Positions 17,978 through 27,097 of a stretch of DNA of 28,898 nucleotides are shown in pieces. Position numbers and translations under genes: made by a program. Numbering within the stretch: the first letter of the stretch is position 1; every line of letters starts with the position of its first letter. The DNA is from Candidatus Thorarchaeota archaeon (GTDB taxonomy: Archaea > Asgardarchaeota > Thorarchaeia > Thorarchaeales > Thorarchaeaceae). Location: contig PRDH01000068.1 in NCBI GenBank assembly GCA_003345545.1, positions 1 through 28,898 of the forward strand, given 5' to 3'. The notes below the pieces were generated by a model. The model saw only the letters and a program-made list of their open reading frames with translations. It was not told where the DNA came from and did not search any database.

Positions 17978-19426
17978 GTGAGGCTCTCAACCTTGACATC
18001 GATTTTAGATGGACTGGAAACAACAGCACAGGTAGTAACACCAAAGAGCCCTTTTCAGAGGGTCATAGGTCAAGCGCACGCTGTGTCAATAGTACAGTCT
18101 GCCGTGAAACAAAGGCGGCATGTTCTCCTGTGCGGCGCCCCGGGAATAGGAAAGTCTATGCTTGCAAAGGCGGCCTATTCGCTCCTCAGTCCACCCAATC
18201 AGGAGATACGCCTTCGAAGGAATCCGTCCCAGCCAGACAGACCCATCGTCATAGTATCTGGCTCAGAGTATGAGCAGGCTACACAGAGTGCGGGCGATGA
18301 GCCTAGTTTTTCACTATATATGACACCTGATAGACTTCCAGTTGATATCTCTATCAAAATGGGGTATAGATGTCAAAAGTGTGGAAGTCTATCCGTGCCA
18401 ACAGATCCATTATGTCTAGACTGTGGAGCCGCGAAAAGATGTGACTGGTTGGGAAGCGATTCCTATCATGCTCTTTTCAGGATAATAGACGTCGTGAGAG
18501 AACCTGCCCTTCAGACCGTCACTAGCATTGAGAAGATAGCAGATTCTACGTACCATACGACCTATGAGAGGATAGGAGACACTGAGATCTCTGTAACCCG
18601 CCGAAGATTGGAAGATAGTACGCAGACTCCTCCGGAACAGAGAACTGATGCGGAGAGAGTCCTAGTGGCAAGAGAGGCATGCAGATTCATCAGAGTGAGC
18701 GGTGCAAGTCATGTTGAACTCCTTGGGGACGTCAAGCATGACCCATACGGTAGCGCTGAGTCACTCGGTATGGCAGCTCATCTACGAGTGATTCCAGGAG
18801 CTATTCATGAGGCACATGAGGGTGTCCTCTATATCGACGAGATTTCAGCTCTTGGTCCACACCAAAGCCACCTCTTGACTGCCATGCAGGACCACGTCTA
18901 TCCAATATCAGGACATAATCCTCTCAGCTCAGGCGCTGCAGTACGAGTGGATAACGTGCCCTGCGATTTCATTCTCTTTGCATCATGTAATCCCGAAAAT
19001 ATCGGTGCTATCCTACCAGCTCTGAGGTCTCGAATCCGGGGCTACGGATATGAGATTATGCTATCGTCGTGGATGAAGAAGAGTGTTGAGAGTGTCAACG
19101 ATATTATCAGATTCATTTCACAGACAGTCGAGGAAGATGGCAAGATACCGCACCTCACCGTCAAGGCTGCTGAAGAGGTGATAGCTGCTGCTGAAAAAAT
19201 GGCCTTTCAATATGATGGACAGAGAGATGCGCTCACACTGCGTCTTCGCGAACTTGGAGGCCTCATCAGAATAGCTGGAGACCTTGCTGTGCAGGACAAT
19301 GCAACGCTGATTCAGCCAGAGCATGTGAAGAAGGCAGGAGTGTTGAGCAGAGGTATTGACCTAGACGAGATGGTTTCTCACTCCTATGGAGCCCCAGAGA
19401 TGGCTAGCAGAAACTATTTCTTCTAA
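17978..19426 (+). CDS. LonB-type AAA+ ATPase lacking both protease domain and TM anchor, with Zn-ribbon insert
   Basis: VIGQ..A, Walker A GAPGIGKS, LLGDVKHDPY, PGAIHEAHEGVLYIDEI (Walker B), SSGAAVR...VPCDF, PALRSRIRGYGYE and LTLRLRELGGLIR motifs. CQKC/CLDC insert. The protein ends about 25 aa after the AAA lid. Confidence 0.88.
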   Translation: MRLSTLTSILDGLETTAQVVTPKSPFQRVIGQAHAVSIVQSAVKQRRHVLLCGAPGIGKSMLAKAAYSLLSPPNQEIRLRRNPSQPDRPIVIVSGSEYEQATQSAGDEPSFSLYMTPDRLPVDISIKMGYRCQKCGSLSVPTDPLCLDCGAAKRCDWLGSDSYHALFRIIDVVREPALQTVTSIEKIADSTYHTTYERIGDTEISVTRRRLEDSTQTPPEQRTDAERVLVAREACRFIRVSGASHVELLGDVKHDPYGSAESLGMAAHLRVIPGAIHEAHEGVLYIDEISALGPHQSHLLTAMQDHVYPISGHNPLSSGAAVRVDNVPCDFILFASCNPENIGAILPALRSRIRGYGYEIMLSSWMKKSVESVNDIIRFISQTVEEDGKIPHLTVKAAEEVIAAAEKMAFQYDGQRDALTLRLRELGGLIRIAGDLAVQDNATLIQPEHVKKAGVLSRGIDLDEMVSHSYGAPEMASRNYFF

Positions 19427-19453
19427 CGGCGGAATCTGTCCTGTGGTGACGCA

Positions 19454-20542
19454 TTGAAGATCCTGAAACGCATCCTCAAGGAAGGAACAATTGTCCTGAA
19501 GATTGAAACCTTGGATGATCTTTGGCACCTGTATAACACAGTTGGTTCCGGAGATGTGGTGATATCAAGGACTGTTCGCCGAGTGAGAGTTGGAGATGAG
19601 GAGAGTAGAAAACAGGATAGTGTCAGAAAACCTATGACACTGAAACTTCGGGTCGAGGATGTGGCATTTCACACCTTTACTAACCGTGTCAGGATTAAGG
19701 GCCAGATACTAGAGGGACCAAGTGACCTTGTGAGCATAGGATCGTATCACACAATAAACATTGAAACCGGCGACACGCTGACCATAGTGAAGGGCCACTG
19801 GCCAAAGTACATCTTGGATAGGCTTGAGGAGGCCACAAAGGACCGGTTACACTCTGTCTGTCTCATTGTTACCATTGAGGATGGCGATGCAGAGATTTTC
19901 CTTGCTGCAGACTACGGATTAAAGGAGGTAGTACGGGTACGAGCTAATCTCTCTCGTAAGAGGGGGGACCAAAAGGCATACGACTCAACGATGCATGACT
20001 TCTTTGTGGATGTCACTCTTGCAGTACGGTCTCAGCTAGAGCAGAGTCAGATAGGACTCGTAGTCTTGGCGGGGCCTGGATTTGTGAAAGATCATTTCAA
20101 GGACTATCTTGGCAAGGCAGGAATCAAGAACTTGCCTCCCATGGTTATTGAGGGTACGAACTCAATTGGCATTCCGGGTGCAAAAGAAGTGCTCTTCAGA
20201 GGCGTCATTGGAGAAGTCATAGATGAACTCAAGGTGGAAACCGAGACCAAGTTGGTGGAGAAACTTGTCGAGCACATATCGAAGGACAATGGGCTAGGAA
20301 GCTATGGTGACGAGCAGGTCGCCAAGGCAGTTCAATATGGAGCAGTTCAAGATCTGCTCATCACAGATAAGAAACTCAGAGAGGGCTCTGATGAGGTCAG
20401 ACGAGAGATGGACGACCTCATTCGAAACACCGAGAAGACGAAGGGAGCCATCCATATCGTATCGACAGACCATCCCGCAGGAAACCAACTCCATCGACTG
20501 GGCGGAATTGCAGCCATTCTTCGTTTTCGTATCGTAGAGTGA
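19454..20542 (+). CDS. pelA: Pelota (mRNA surveillance / ribosome rescue factor)
   Basis: ETLDDLWHLY, GSYHTI, AGPGFVKD, SYG...V..A.QYGAV.DLLITD and C-terminal GGIAAILRF motifs. TTG start after GGTGA. Confidence 0.96.
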   Translation: MKILKRILKEGTIVLKIETLDDLWHLYNTVGSGDVVISRTVRRVRVGDEESRKQDSVRKPMTLKLRVEDVAFHTFTNRVRIKGQILEGPSDLVSIGSYHTINIETGDTLTIVKGHWPKYILDRLEEATKDRLHSVCLIVTIEDGDAEIFLAADYGLKEVVRVRANLSRKRGDQKAYDSTMHDFFVDVTLAVRSQLEQSQIGLVVLAGPGFVKDHFKDYLGKAGIKNLPPMVIEGTNSIGIPGAKEVLFRGVIGEVIDELKVETETKLVEKLVEHISKDNGLGSYGDEQVAKAVQYGAVQDLLITDKKLREGSDEVRREMDDLIRNTEKTKGAIHIVSTDHPAGNQLHRLGGIAAILRFRIVE

Positions 20543-21664
20543 CTAGACAGGGTCGAACTGAATCTGAAGGCGGTCCCATGTTGGGTACTCATATGAAATG
20601 CCTATCTCCAACTCTCCGATGTTTTCAAGACTGCTCTTGATCTCTTCGGCACACTCCTCGAGAAGTGTTGGAGCCAACTCGATTCGCATTCGAATGATAT
20701 CAGTATTGATGAGATTGTTGGGAATCCCAAGCTGAACACTGAGAATACCACGAATATGCTGCAACTGCTGAAAACTCAGGCTGGACCCATGAGGAGCTCG
20801 AATGATTCCCAATACTAACAGGGGGTCTGTATCGTCACGTTCCTCAAACTCCCGGATGGTCTGCTCAAGTCTCCGTTCCAGCCGATTCCGCAACTGAATG
20901 GCATCCTTATAGCGTGCAGAACAGAAATGAACTGAGAGTCTGGTGAGACTATTCGCAGCCCACTCGACCACTTCTCTTGCTGTTTTGGCACTGCCCTCGA
21001 TGCTGGCACTTGCCATATCTGTCAACCGCATGCCCTGAGACAACAAACTCTCGAAATTAGTTTCGCTGGCCTCAAGCTCATTGATGTTGAGAAAAGAGGC
21101 TCCCACCTCTTCAGCTCGACGTGCGGTCTGCTTAAGCCTCTCCGCACTTCCAGGGACTGCTGGAACCTCCAACCCAACATCCATTCCAGTGGCTACTGCG
21201 AGCCCTATTCCACTCCAATCATCACTCTGAGGATGAAATCGAATCTCATCGAGTCCAGCCTCTCGTAGTCGTCGGAGGTCTTCTTGGCTGACTGAGGTCT
21301 TGCTTGTGTAGAGATGAATATGAAAATCTGGGCCATACTTAGACTTCAGAAGATGGATGTATTCCACTGTTCGGTCTAGAGCGCAGAGTGGATCGCCACC
21401 ACTCATTCCTGCACCTTCACCCTTTATTGCATCGACCTCGAAGAGAATATCGTCTTCAGTGGAAACTGGAAGCTCATCTGCAAATACGACATCCGTACCT
21501 GCTTTCTCCTGAGAGAGAGGGCAGTAGTAACAGGAACTATCGCATAAACCAGTGACAAACAGCACCATCTTTGACCCTCTGGCACAGAACATGCAACCTC
21601 GTGGCAGTTCTCCCACAAGAAATGACCCACCTTGATGCTGCTCAATCTCACGGGTCATTGTCAT
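20543..21664 (-). CDS. Radical SAM protein, COG2108-like uncharacterised archaeal family
   Basis: LPRGCMFCARGSKMVLFVTGLCDSSCYYCP (CxxC + CxxxCxxC), SGGDP, HIHLYT, GLDEIRFHP, LNINELE and HFCS..YKDAIQ motifs. Confidence 0.85.
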   Translation of the reverse strand: MTMTREIEQHQGGSFLVGELPRGCMFCARGSKMVLFVTGLCDSSCYYCPLSQEKAGTDVVFADELPVSTEDDILFEVDAIKGEGAGMSGGDPLCALDRTVEYIHLLKSKYGPDFHIHLYTSKTSVSQEDLRRLREAGLDEIRFHPQSDDWSGIGLAVATGMDVGLEVPAVPGSAERLKQTARRAEEVGASFLNINELEASETNFESLLSQGMRLTDMASASIEGSAKTAREVVEWAANSLTRLSVHFCSARYKDAIQLRNRLERRLEQTIREFEERDDTDPLLVLGIIRAPHGSSLSFQQLQHIRGILSVQLGIPNNLINTDIIRMRIELAPTLLEECAEEIKSSLENIGELEIGISYEYPTWDRLQIQFDPV

Positions 21665-22374
21665 CGCCTCCTTCCTTGTCGACGATCAATTGTACGGCGA
21701 AGAGCAGGATCATTGTCTTGGAGTTGCTTCGTGACTTCCTCGAAACTCTCTGACTCCTCTAGGGAACGCTTGAGATAGACACCAGTTCTACCTACACTAT
21801 CACGGCGTGTCAGTACTCGCACTCTCTCTTTGGCTATTTCGGTACTGACTGAAAGCCTCTTGGCAATCTCCTGCTCATGACCAATTACTCCATGTTCTGT
21901 ATGGCCGTATGGAGCCGGTTCTATTAGAACCAGTCTCTTATTCACCCCAGGCACTCTCTCATCGGACTCGAGGCCCTTCAGATCTATAGCTCCGCCCCAG
22001 TGGTAGAACTCTTCCTCTCTCGGTCTGAGTTTGAACATCGGAAAACTGACAACAGTGTTGTCTTCGAGATGAAGATGGCCCTTCAGGACCATCGACGGCG
22101 TTGCCTGTACCAGCTCTCTCTGCAGAGAAGGACCAAGGGCCAACTCTAGGCGATAACTGGAAACGGGCTGGCGAATAATGATGTCGATGTCAGATGATTC
22201 TGACACATCGCCTCGGGCGAGGGAGCCATGCACCAAGGGCCGGACAGCAATGGATGATTCAATCTTGTGCATGATGTCGATGGCACGCTGCCGCAGCCTA
22301 TTCAGAAGATGCCAATGGGCTTCATCATATGTGACAACCCTGACGTCGTGCAGTACCTCCGGTCGCCTTGCCAT
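21661..22374 (-). CDS. Pol-beta superfamily nucleotidyltransferase (COG2413-like)
   Basis: HGSLARGDVSESSDIDI, QATP, EEEFYHWGG, RVPGVNKRL and ERVRVLTRRD.VGRTGVY motifs. Confidence 0.85.
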   Translation of the reverse strand: MARRPEVLHDVRVVTYDEAHWHLLNRLRQRAIDIMHKIESSIAVRPLVHGSLARGDVSESSDIDIIIRQPVSSYRLELALGPSLQRELVQATPSMVLKGHLHLEDNTVVSFPMFKLRPREEEFYHWGGAIDLKGLESDERVPGVNKRLVLIEPAPYGHTEHGVIGHEQEIAKRLSVSTEIAKERVRVLTRRDSVGRTGVYLKRSLEESESFEEVTKQLQDNDPALRRTIDRRQGRRR

Positions 22375-22383
22375 TCTGCATCA

Positions 22384-23307
22384 TCACCTGATCGTATCCA
22401 GCATCTCACAGGCTTTACATATTCTTGTTGAGGAGGGACTACCACATTTCTCACACGACATGAGCTTCCACTCTTGTCGAGATTCCCTGAAAGCAGATAC
22501 TATCGCCTCAGATGACCGTAGGATTGCCAGCAGTGTGCCAGGACGTCTGTACTCCGCGTCGTTTAGGAATGCCCTTACATCATTGCGATAGGCATCGTTC
22601 GCATATGGACATGGTATATCGTGATAGGGAAGACTGAGATGGTGAGAGTAAGTGACAATATCACGTTCTGTTAGTTCCGTCAGAGGTTTGACACGCGGAA
22701 CAAACCCCTGCGTGGGCTGCTCTCGGGACACGTTTGTTCTCGCAATTCTTGGACTATCCCCTCGCATGAGATTCATGAGCACGGTCTGTGCTTCATCATC
22801 AAGATTATGGCCTGTTGCAACTACGCTTGCCCCCAGTTCCTGTGCAGCAGTGTTAAGGGCACGTCTTCGAAGAACACCACAATATGAGCATGCACCCAGC
22901 GAACTTGATGGCTTACGTTGTACTATCTTGTCAAGAGAATAGCCAAATAGCTTCCTAAAGGAGAACACTTCGAGAGTAAGATCCAATGAACGAGAGAGCT
23001 CTCGAGCTGACTCAAGAGACTTGTCCCGATACCCTCTGACTCCTTCGTCGATGGTGACGGGAACAATCTCGGACTTAGGAAAAGCACTCTCTATATTGTG
23101 AAGTATATGTAGAAGAGCTGCGCTGTCCTTTCCACCAGAAATGGCCACCAGAATTCGGTCGCGCTCTAGGAACATCTTATGTCGATTGATGGTCCTTCGT
23201 ACGCGATCCACTGTCGTCTGAACTAGACATGAACCGCACAGCTGTTCTGATGTATACCTACGCAAGTAAATGGCAGGTTTTCCACACTTTGAACATTCTG
23301 GTTGCAT
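22384..23307 (-). CDS. tRNA 2-thiolation protein (TtuA/Ncs6/Ctu1 family, TIGR00269-like)
   Basis: N-terminal CxxC...CxxC, PP-loop SGGKDS, IDEG, CSYCGVLRR, ATGHNLDDEAQ, CPYA and C-terminal CxxC...CxxC. Confidence 0.9.
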   Translation of the reverse strand: MQPECSKCGKPAIYLRRYTSEQLCGSCLVQTTVDRVRRTINRHKMFLERDRILVAISGGKDSAALLHILHNIESAFPKSEIVPVTIDEGVRGYRDKSLESARELSRSLDLTLEVFSFRKLFGYSLDKIVQRKPSSSLGACSYCGVLRRRALNTAAQELGASVVATGHNLDDEAQTVLMNLMRGDSPRIARTNVSREQPTQGFVPRVKPLTELTERDIVTYSHHLSLPYHDIPCPYANDAYRNDVRAFLNDAEYRRPGTLLAILRSSEAIVSAFRESRQEWKLMSCEKCGSPSSTRICKACEMLDTIR

Positions 23308-23455
23308 GACGGCGACGCCTCTGAGCCACCGTATCTTGCACTGTCAAATTAAAGGTATTCAAGAGTCCGAACGTTTTTTTTTTGCCTTGGCGTCGGCGGT
23401 TTCCTTAATCCTGATGCCGTCAACTTAGCTCTTACAATTTCGCTTCTTAGTGATC

Positions 23456-24625
23456 TCAGAAAAGCCCCTTTCCCATCACTAGGCTCAGAACGATACTAAG
23501 AACTACAATCGCAAGGGCTGCAAAGCGTATCGGGTACATTATATACCGAATCTTCTTCTCGTCAGAGATCCGGAGGCTCAGACCATTTGACAGCAACTTG
23601 TCGCCATCTAGGAAAGGAATTGGGAGAAGGTTGAAGACTGCTAACGAAACGAGGATGAGGTAACACCAGAAGATTATCTGTTGAGAATGGAACACAAGCA
23701 TCGGAGAGAGTATGAGATTCCAGCCTGGTTTGGGTTCCCAATAATCAGCCCCATAGATGCCAAGGTATCCTCGCGAAGCATTCGACTCGCTCGCTGCCAG
23801 TACGAGTGTCAAATTCTCATTCAGCGTATGTACAGTCACCTCAGACCCTGCAGGAGCTCCATTCATGAAGGCACTGACAGCAGACCAGTTGGCAATCACC
23901 GTATCATTCAGGCCAATTATCACGTCGCCTACCTCAAGAGCTGCAGCTGCGGGACTTCCCTCACTCAGCTGATAGATGTACGCTCCACTCGGCGGATTGT
24001 ATGCGATTGAGGCAATGGAATTGAAATTGACCAAGAGTGCGAGAAAGACGAAGCTCCAGATAATATTGGAGTAGGAGCCAGCAGCAAGCAGGCGCATTCG
24101 AGCTTTTGGAGTCGCTTCTTTCTCGAACGCCTCCTCATCTGGCTCCACGAACGCTCCGAATAGTACTAGGAAACCAAGTAGACCGGAGCTCTTAATCGGA
24201 ATGTTGTCCTTAGATGACGCAAGTCCGTGAGCAAACTCATGTGTGAGGATTGCCACTGCAAGCGCAATCAACATGTATACCAGGGGCAGTCCCGTGATCG
24301 TCACTCCCGGGATTATTGGTACAACGCCCCCTGCGGCTTCCGGTTGTACAAAGAACTTGATGAGATTCTCACCAAACATCCAGAAAGAGAAGATCATTCC
24401 TCCAAACCCAACGACTACACCGATGTTGAAGAAGATCAGTGGGAATTTCTTGCCCATGCGAGTCAGGAACGCATTGAGACGCTGAGTTCTCCACATGAAG
24501 AAGAAGGGAGTTCCAGCCTCAACGCCCCTCTGTTTGAGACGCTCAACACCAATGTACTGTGCAACAGTATAGATGATCAGCCAGAAGAGCCCTATGAGTA
24601 TGAAAGCGAGCACGGTACTATCCAT
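23456..24625 (-). CDS. Site-2 protease (M50) with PDZ domain
   Basis: HEFAHG, GAFVEPD, AAGSYSN, PDZ segment (SPAAAALEVGDVIIGLND), FNLLP..LDG and multiple TM helices. Confidence 0.92.
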   Translation of the reverse strand: MDSTVLAFILIGLFWLIIYTVAQYIGVERLKQRGVEAGTPFFFMWRTQRLNAFLTRMGKKFPLIFFNIGVVVGFGGMIFSFWMFGENLIKFFVQPEAAGGVVPIIPGVTITGLPLVYMLIALAVAILTHEFAHGLASSKDNIPIKSSGLLGFLVLFGAFVEPDEEAFEKEATPKARMRLLAAGSYSNIIWSFVFLALLVNFNSIASIAYNPPSGAYIYQLSEGSPAAAALEVGDVIIGLNDTVIANWSAVSAFMNGAPAGSEVTVHTLNENLTLVLAASESNASRGYLGIYGADYWEPKPGWNLILSPMLVFHSQQIIFWCYLILVSLAVFNLLPIPFLDGDKLLSNGLSLRISDEKKIRYIMYPIRFAALAIVVLSIVLSLVMGKGLF

Positions 24626-24819
24626 TAGTCACTGCACGTCCAACTGGAATTTAGTGGGGGAAACTATGGAGGGCGTTATAATGGTTGTGACATGGGTATA
24701 TTAGACCAAGTCAAAAAAACAGGCTCGACCCGACCGCAACCCTCATAAAGTGACCTCTTCAGCCTAGCGCTGATGTCCAATAGGACTCACATCATAGATC
24801 TAGGTAGGCGATACAGTAG

Positions 24820-25203
24820 TTGCCGTTCAAGCTTGTGATTTCAGACCCTGAAACTGGGAAAGCCATCCAGTACGAACTAGATGATGCAAAGACGAATGCT
24901 ATGGTCGGTAAGCATGTTGGTGATATGGTAGAGGGCGATATGTTGGGCCTACCAGGGTACAAGCTGAAGATCACAGGCGGTAGCGATTCTGCTGGATTTC
25001 CGATTCGCCCAGATGTTCATGGAAGTGGAAAAAAGCGGCTTCTGATTCGAAGCGCACCTGGTTTCAGACCCACTAGAAAGGGAACAGGAAAGCGGAAGAC
25101 AGTACGTGGAAAGGAATTGAGTTCTGCTATTTCTCAGGTGAATATGCGAGTCGAGGAGAAGGGTGCAACGCCCCTTGAAGAGCTCGTCATGAAGACAGCC
25201 TAG
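24820..25203 (+). CDS. rps6e: 30S ribosomal protein eS6 (S6e)
   Basis: FKLVISDP, KLKITGGSD.AGFP and RKTVRG motifs. TTG start. Confidence 0.96.
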   Translation: MPFKLVISDPETGKAIQYELDDAKTNAMVGKHVGDMVEGDMLGLPGYKLKITGGSDSAGFPIRPDVHGSGKKRLLIRSAPGFRPTRKGTGKRKTVRGKELSSAISQVNMRVEEKGATPLEELVMKTA

Positions 25204-25316
25204 TCACAACATCCACGTCGACAGTCATTGTGCATAGTGTGAACCATATACTTCTTATGTGCAACAGGAAAGGTGTGACCACGACCGAATAAGTCACAGC
25301 TGGAAGTGAAGACTAG

Positions 25317-26558
25317 GTGACTAGAAAATACGCAGGGCAATCCGAGGTAAGTATTGGTACGTTGGGTCACGTGGACCATGGAAAAACCACATTAGTTTCA
25401 TATCTCACAGGTGAGTGGACCGATAGACACTCTGATGAGATCAAGCGGGGTATTTCCATTCGGCTGGGCTACGCAGCGACCACGATAATGAAGTGCAAGA
25501 ACTGCCCTGAGCCTGATATGTACACGACCTCACATCTAGCAAAGGATGGCAAGTGTAGCAAATGTGGGGGGTCTCTTGAGGTCCTGCGCGAGATATCCTT
25601 TGTCGACAGTCCCGGTCACGAGTCACTGATGGCGACCTGTCTGAGCGGCGCCAGCCTCTTGGATGGCGCAATCTTGGTGATTGCAGCGAATGAACCCTGT
25701 CCCATGCCTCAGACTGCAGAGCATCTCCGTGCTCTGGAGATTATAGGTGTGAAGAATATCATCATAGTTCAGAATAAGATTGAGCTCGTCACAAAAGAGC
25801 AGGCGAAGAAACACTACCAGCAAATCAAAAACTTCGTGAAGGGGACTATCGCCGAAGGCTCAGCAATCATCCCAGTATCTGCAGTCTTTGGAGCCAATAT
25901 CGATCTTCTGGTCAAGACCATTGAGGAGGTCATTCCAACACCCAAACGTCATGAAGATGCCCTACCAAAGATGTTCGTTGCTCGTTCCTTTGATATCAAT
26001 CGTCCGGGTACTATTCCGGAAAACCTGCGTGGCGGAGTCGTGGGCGGATCGGTGATTGAGGGAAAACTGAAGGTCGGTGACGAGATAGAGATTTCCCCCG
26101 GTGCGAAGACTGAGAAGGGATTCAAACCAATCAAGACCAAGATAATCAGTCTCTTATCAGGAAGCGGCAACTCTCTCCAAGAGGCATTTCCCGGGGGTCT
26201 AATAGGTGTGGGTACTTCCTTGGATCCGGCTTCAACGCGTGCGGATCGCCTTGTTGGTAATGTTGTCGGCAGAGTTGGCAAGTTGCCCAAGGCCATCGAG
26301 AAAATGATGGTAAAACCAATTCTCATGCAGAGGGTCGTGGGGATGGAGAGTAAGCAACAGGTGGAGAACCTGAAACTCAATGAGTCGATGATGATTGTGA
26401 TCGGTACCGCATCCACTGTCGGGGTCATCACCAGACTGCATGGTGATGAGATAGAGTTGACACTCAAACGTCCGGTCATTGCAGAAAAGGGGCAGCGCAT
26501 TGCGATTGGTCGCCGTGTTGAGAATAAGTGGCGGCTAATCGGGCATGCGGAAGTGTAA
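25317..26558 (+). CDS. eif2g: Translation initiation factor 2 gamma subunit (aIF2gamma)
   Basis: [18 protein letters not shown], Zn ribbon, [20 protein letters not shown] and WRLIG motifs. Confidence 0.96.
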   Translation: MTRKYAGQSEVSIGTLGHVDHGKTTLVSYLTGEWTDRHSDEIKRGISIRLGYAATTIMKCKNCPEPDMYTTSHLAKDGKCSKCGGSLEVLREISFVDSPGHESLMATCLSGASLLDGAILVIAANEPCPMPQTAEHLRALEIIGVKNIIIVQNKIELVTKEQAKKHYQQIKNFVKGTIAEGSAIIPVSAVFGANIDLLVKTIEEVIPTPKRHEDALPKMFVARSFDINRPGTIPENLRGGVVGGSVIEGKLKVGDEIEISPGAKTEKGFKPIKTKIISLLSGSGNSLQEAFPGGLIGVGTSLDPASTRADRLVGNVVGRVGKLPKAIEKMMVKPILMQRVVGMESKQQVENLKLNESMMIVIGTASTVGVITRLHGDEIELTLKRPVIAEKGQRIAIGRRVENKWRLIGHAEV

Positions 26559-26561
26559 GTA

Positions 26562-26966
26562 GTGCCTCTCATCGTTGTTCTTGATACCAATATGTTGACT
26601 GTGCCTGCTCAGTTCGGTGTGGATGTTTTTGCCGAAACAGAGAGAATTCTTGAGAGAAACATTGAGTTTGTCGTGCTTCAGTCTGTTGTGAGCGAACTTG
26701 AGAGAAATCTTGTGCATGAAACCAGAGCAGGGGGTCAGATGTTCAAGATAGCCTTGGATCTTGTACAGAGATGCCGAGTTGTTGAACCCGGAGAGCCAAG
26801 AGAAGGCATACCTGTGGACGATGAGATCTTGAGATATGCGATCACCACTGGCGCCGTCATTGCAACAAATGATAGGAGACTTAAGGAGCGTGCGCTCTCC
26901 CAAGGAACTCCCGTGCTCTACCTCAGAGGCAGGAAGCAACTTCAACTGATTGGATTCATTCCATGA
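26562..26966 (+). CDS. PIN-domain protein (Fcf1/Utp24-like, COG1412)
   Basis: VVLDTN, V..EL, VDD.I and IATND..LK motifs. Conserved position after aIF2gamma. Confidence 0.88.
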   Translation: MPLIVVLDTNMLTVPAQFGVDVFAETERILERNIEFVVLQSVVSELERNLVHETRAGGQMFKIALDLVQRCRVVEPGEPREGIPVDDEILRYAITTGAVIATNDRRLKERALSQGTPVLYLRGRKQLQLIGFIP

Positions 26967-27097
26967 GCCGTGTCACAACGTTTTTATGGTTTACAAAGCG
27001 ATGAGCCGCTGAGCCGTCTGGTTCAGACCCTTGGGCACATCCCAGAGTCTGAAGTGTTCTGAGAAGAATTATTCTGTCAGGCGAGGAGCGTCTTAAG

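Noticed and set aside
25949-26590. 213-aa antisense ORF and similar short overlapping ORFs
   Set aside because: These are antisense or alternative-frame shadows of well-supported genes with no motifs of their own.
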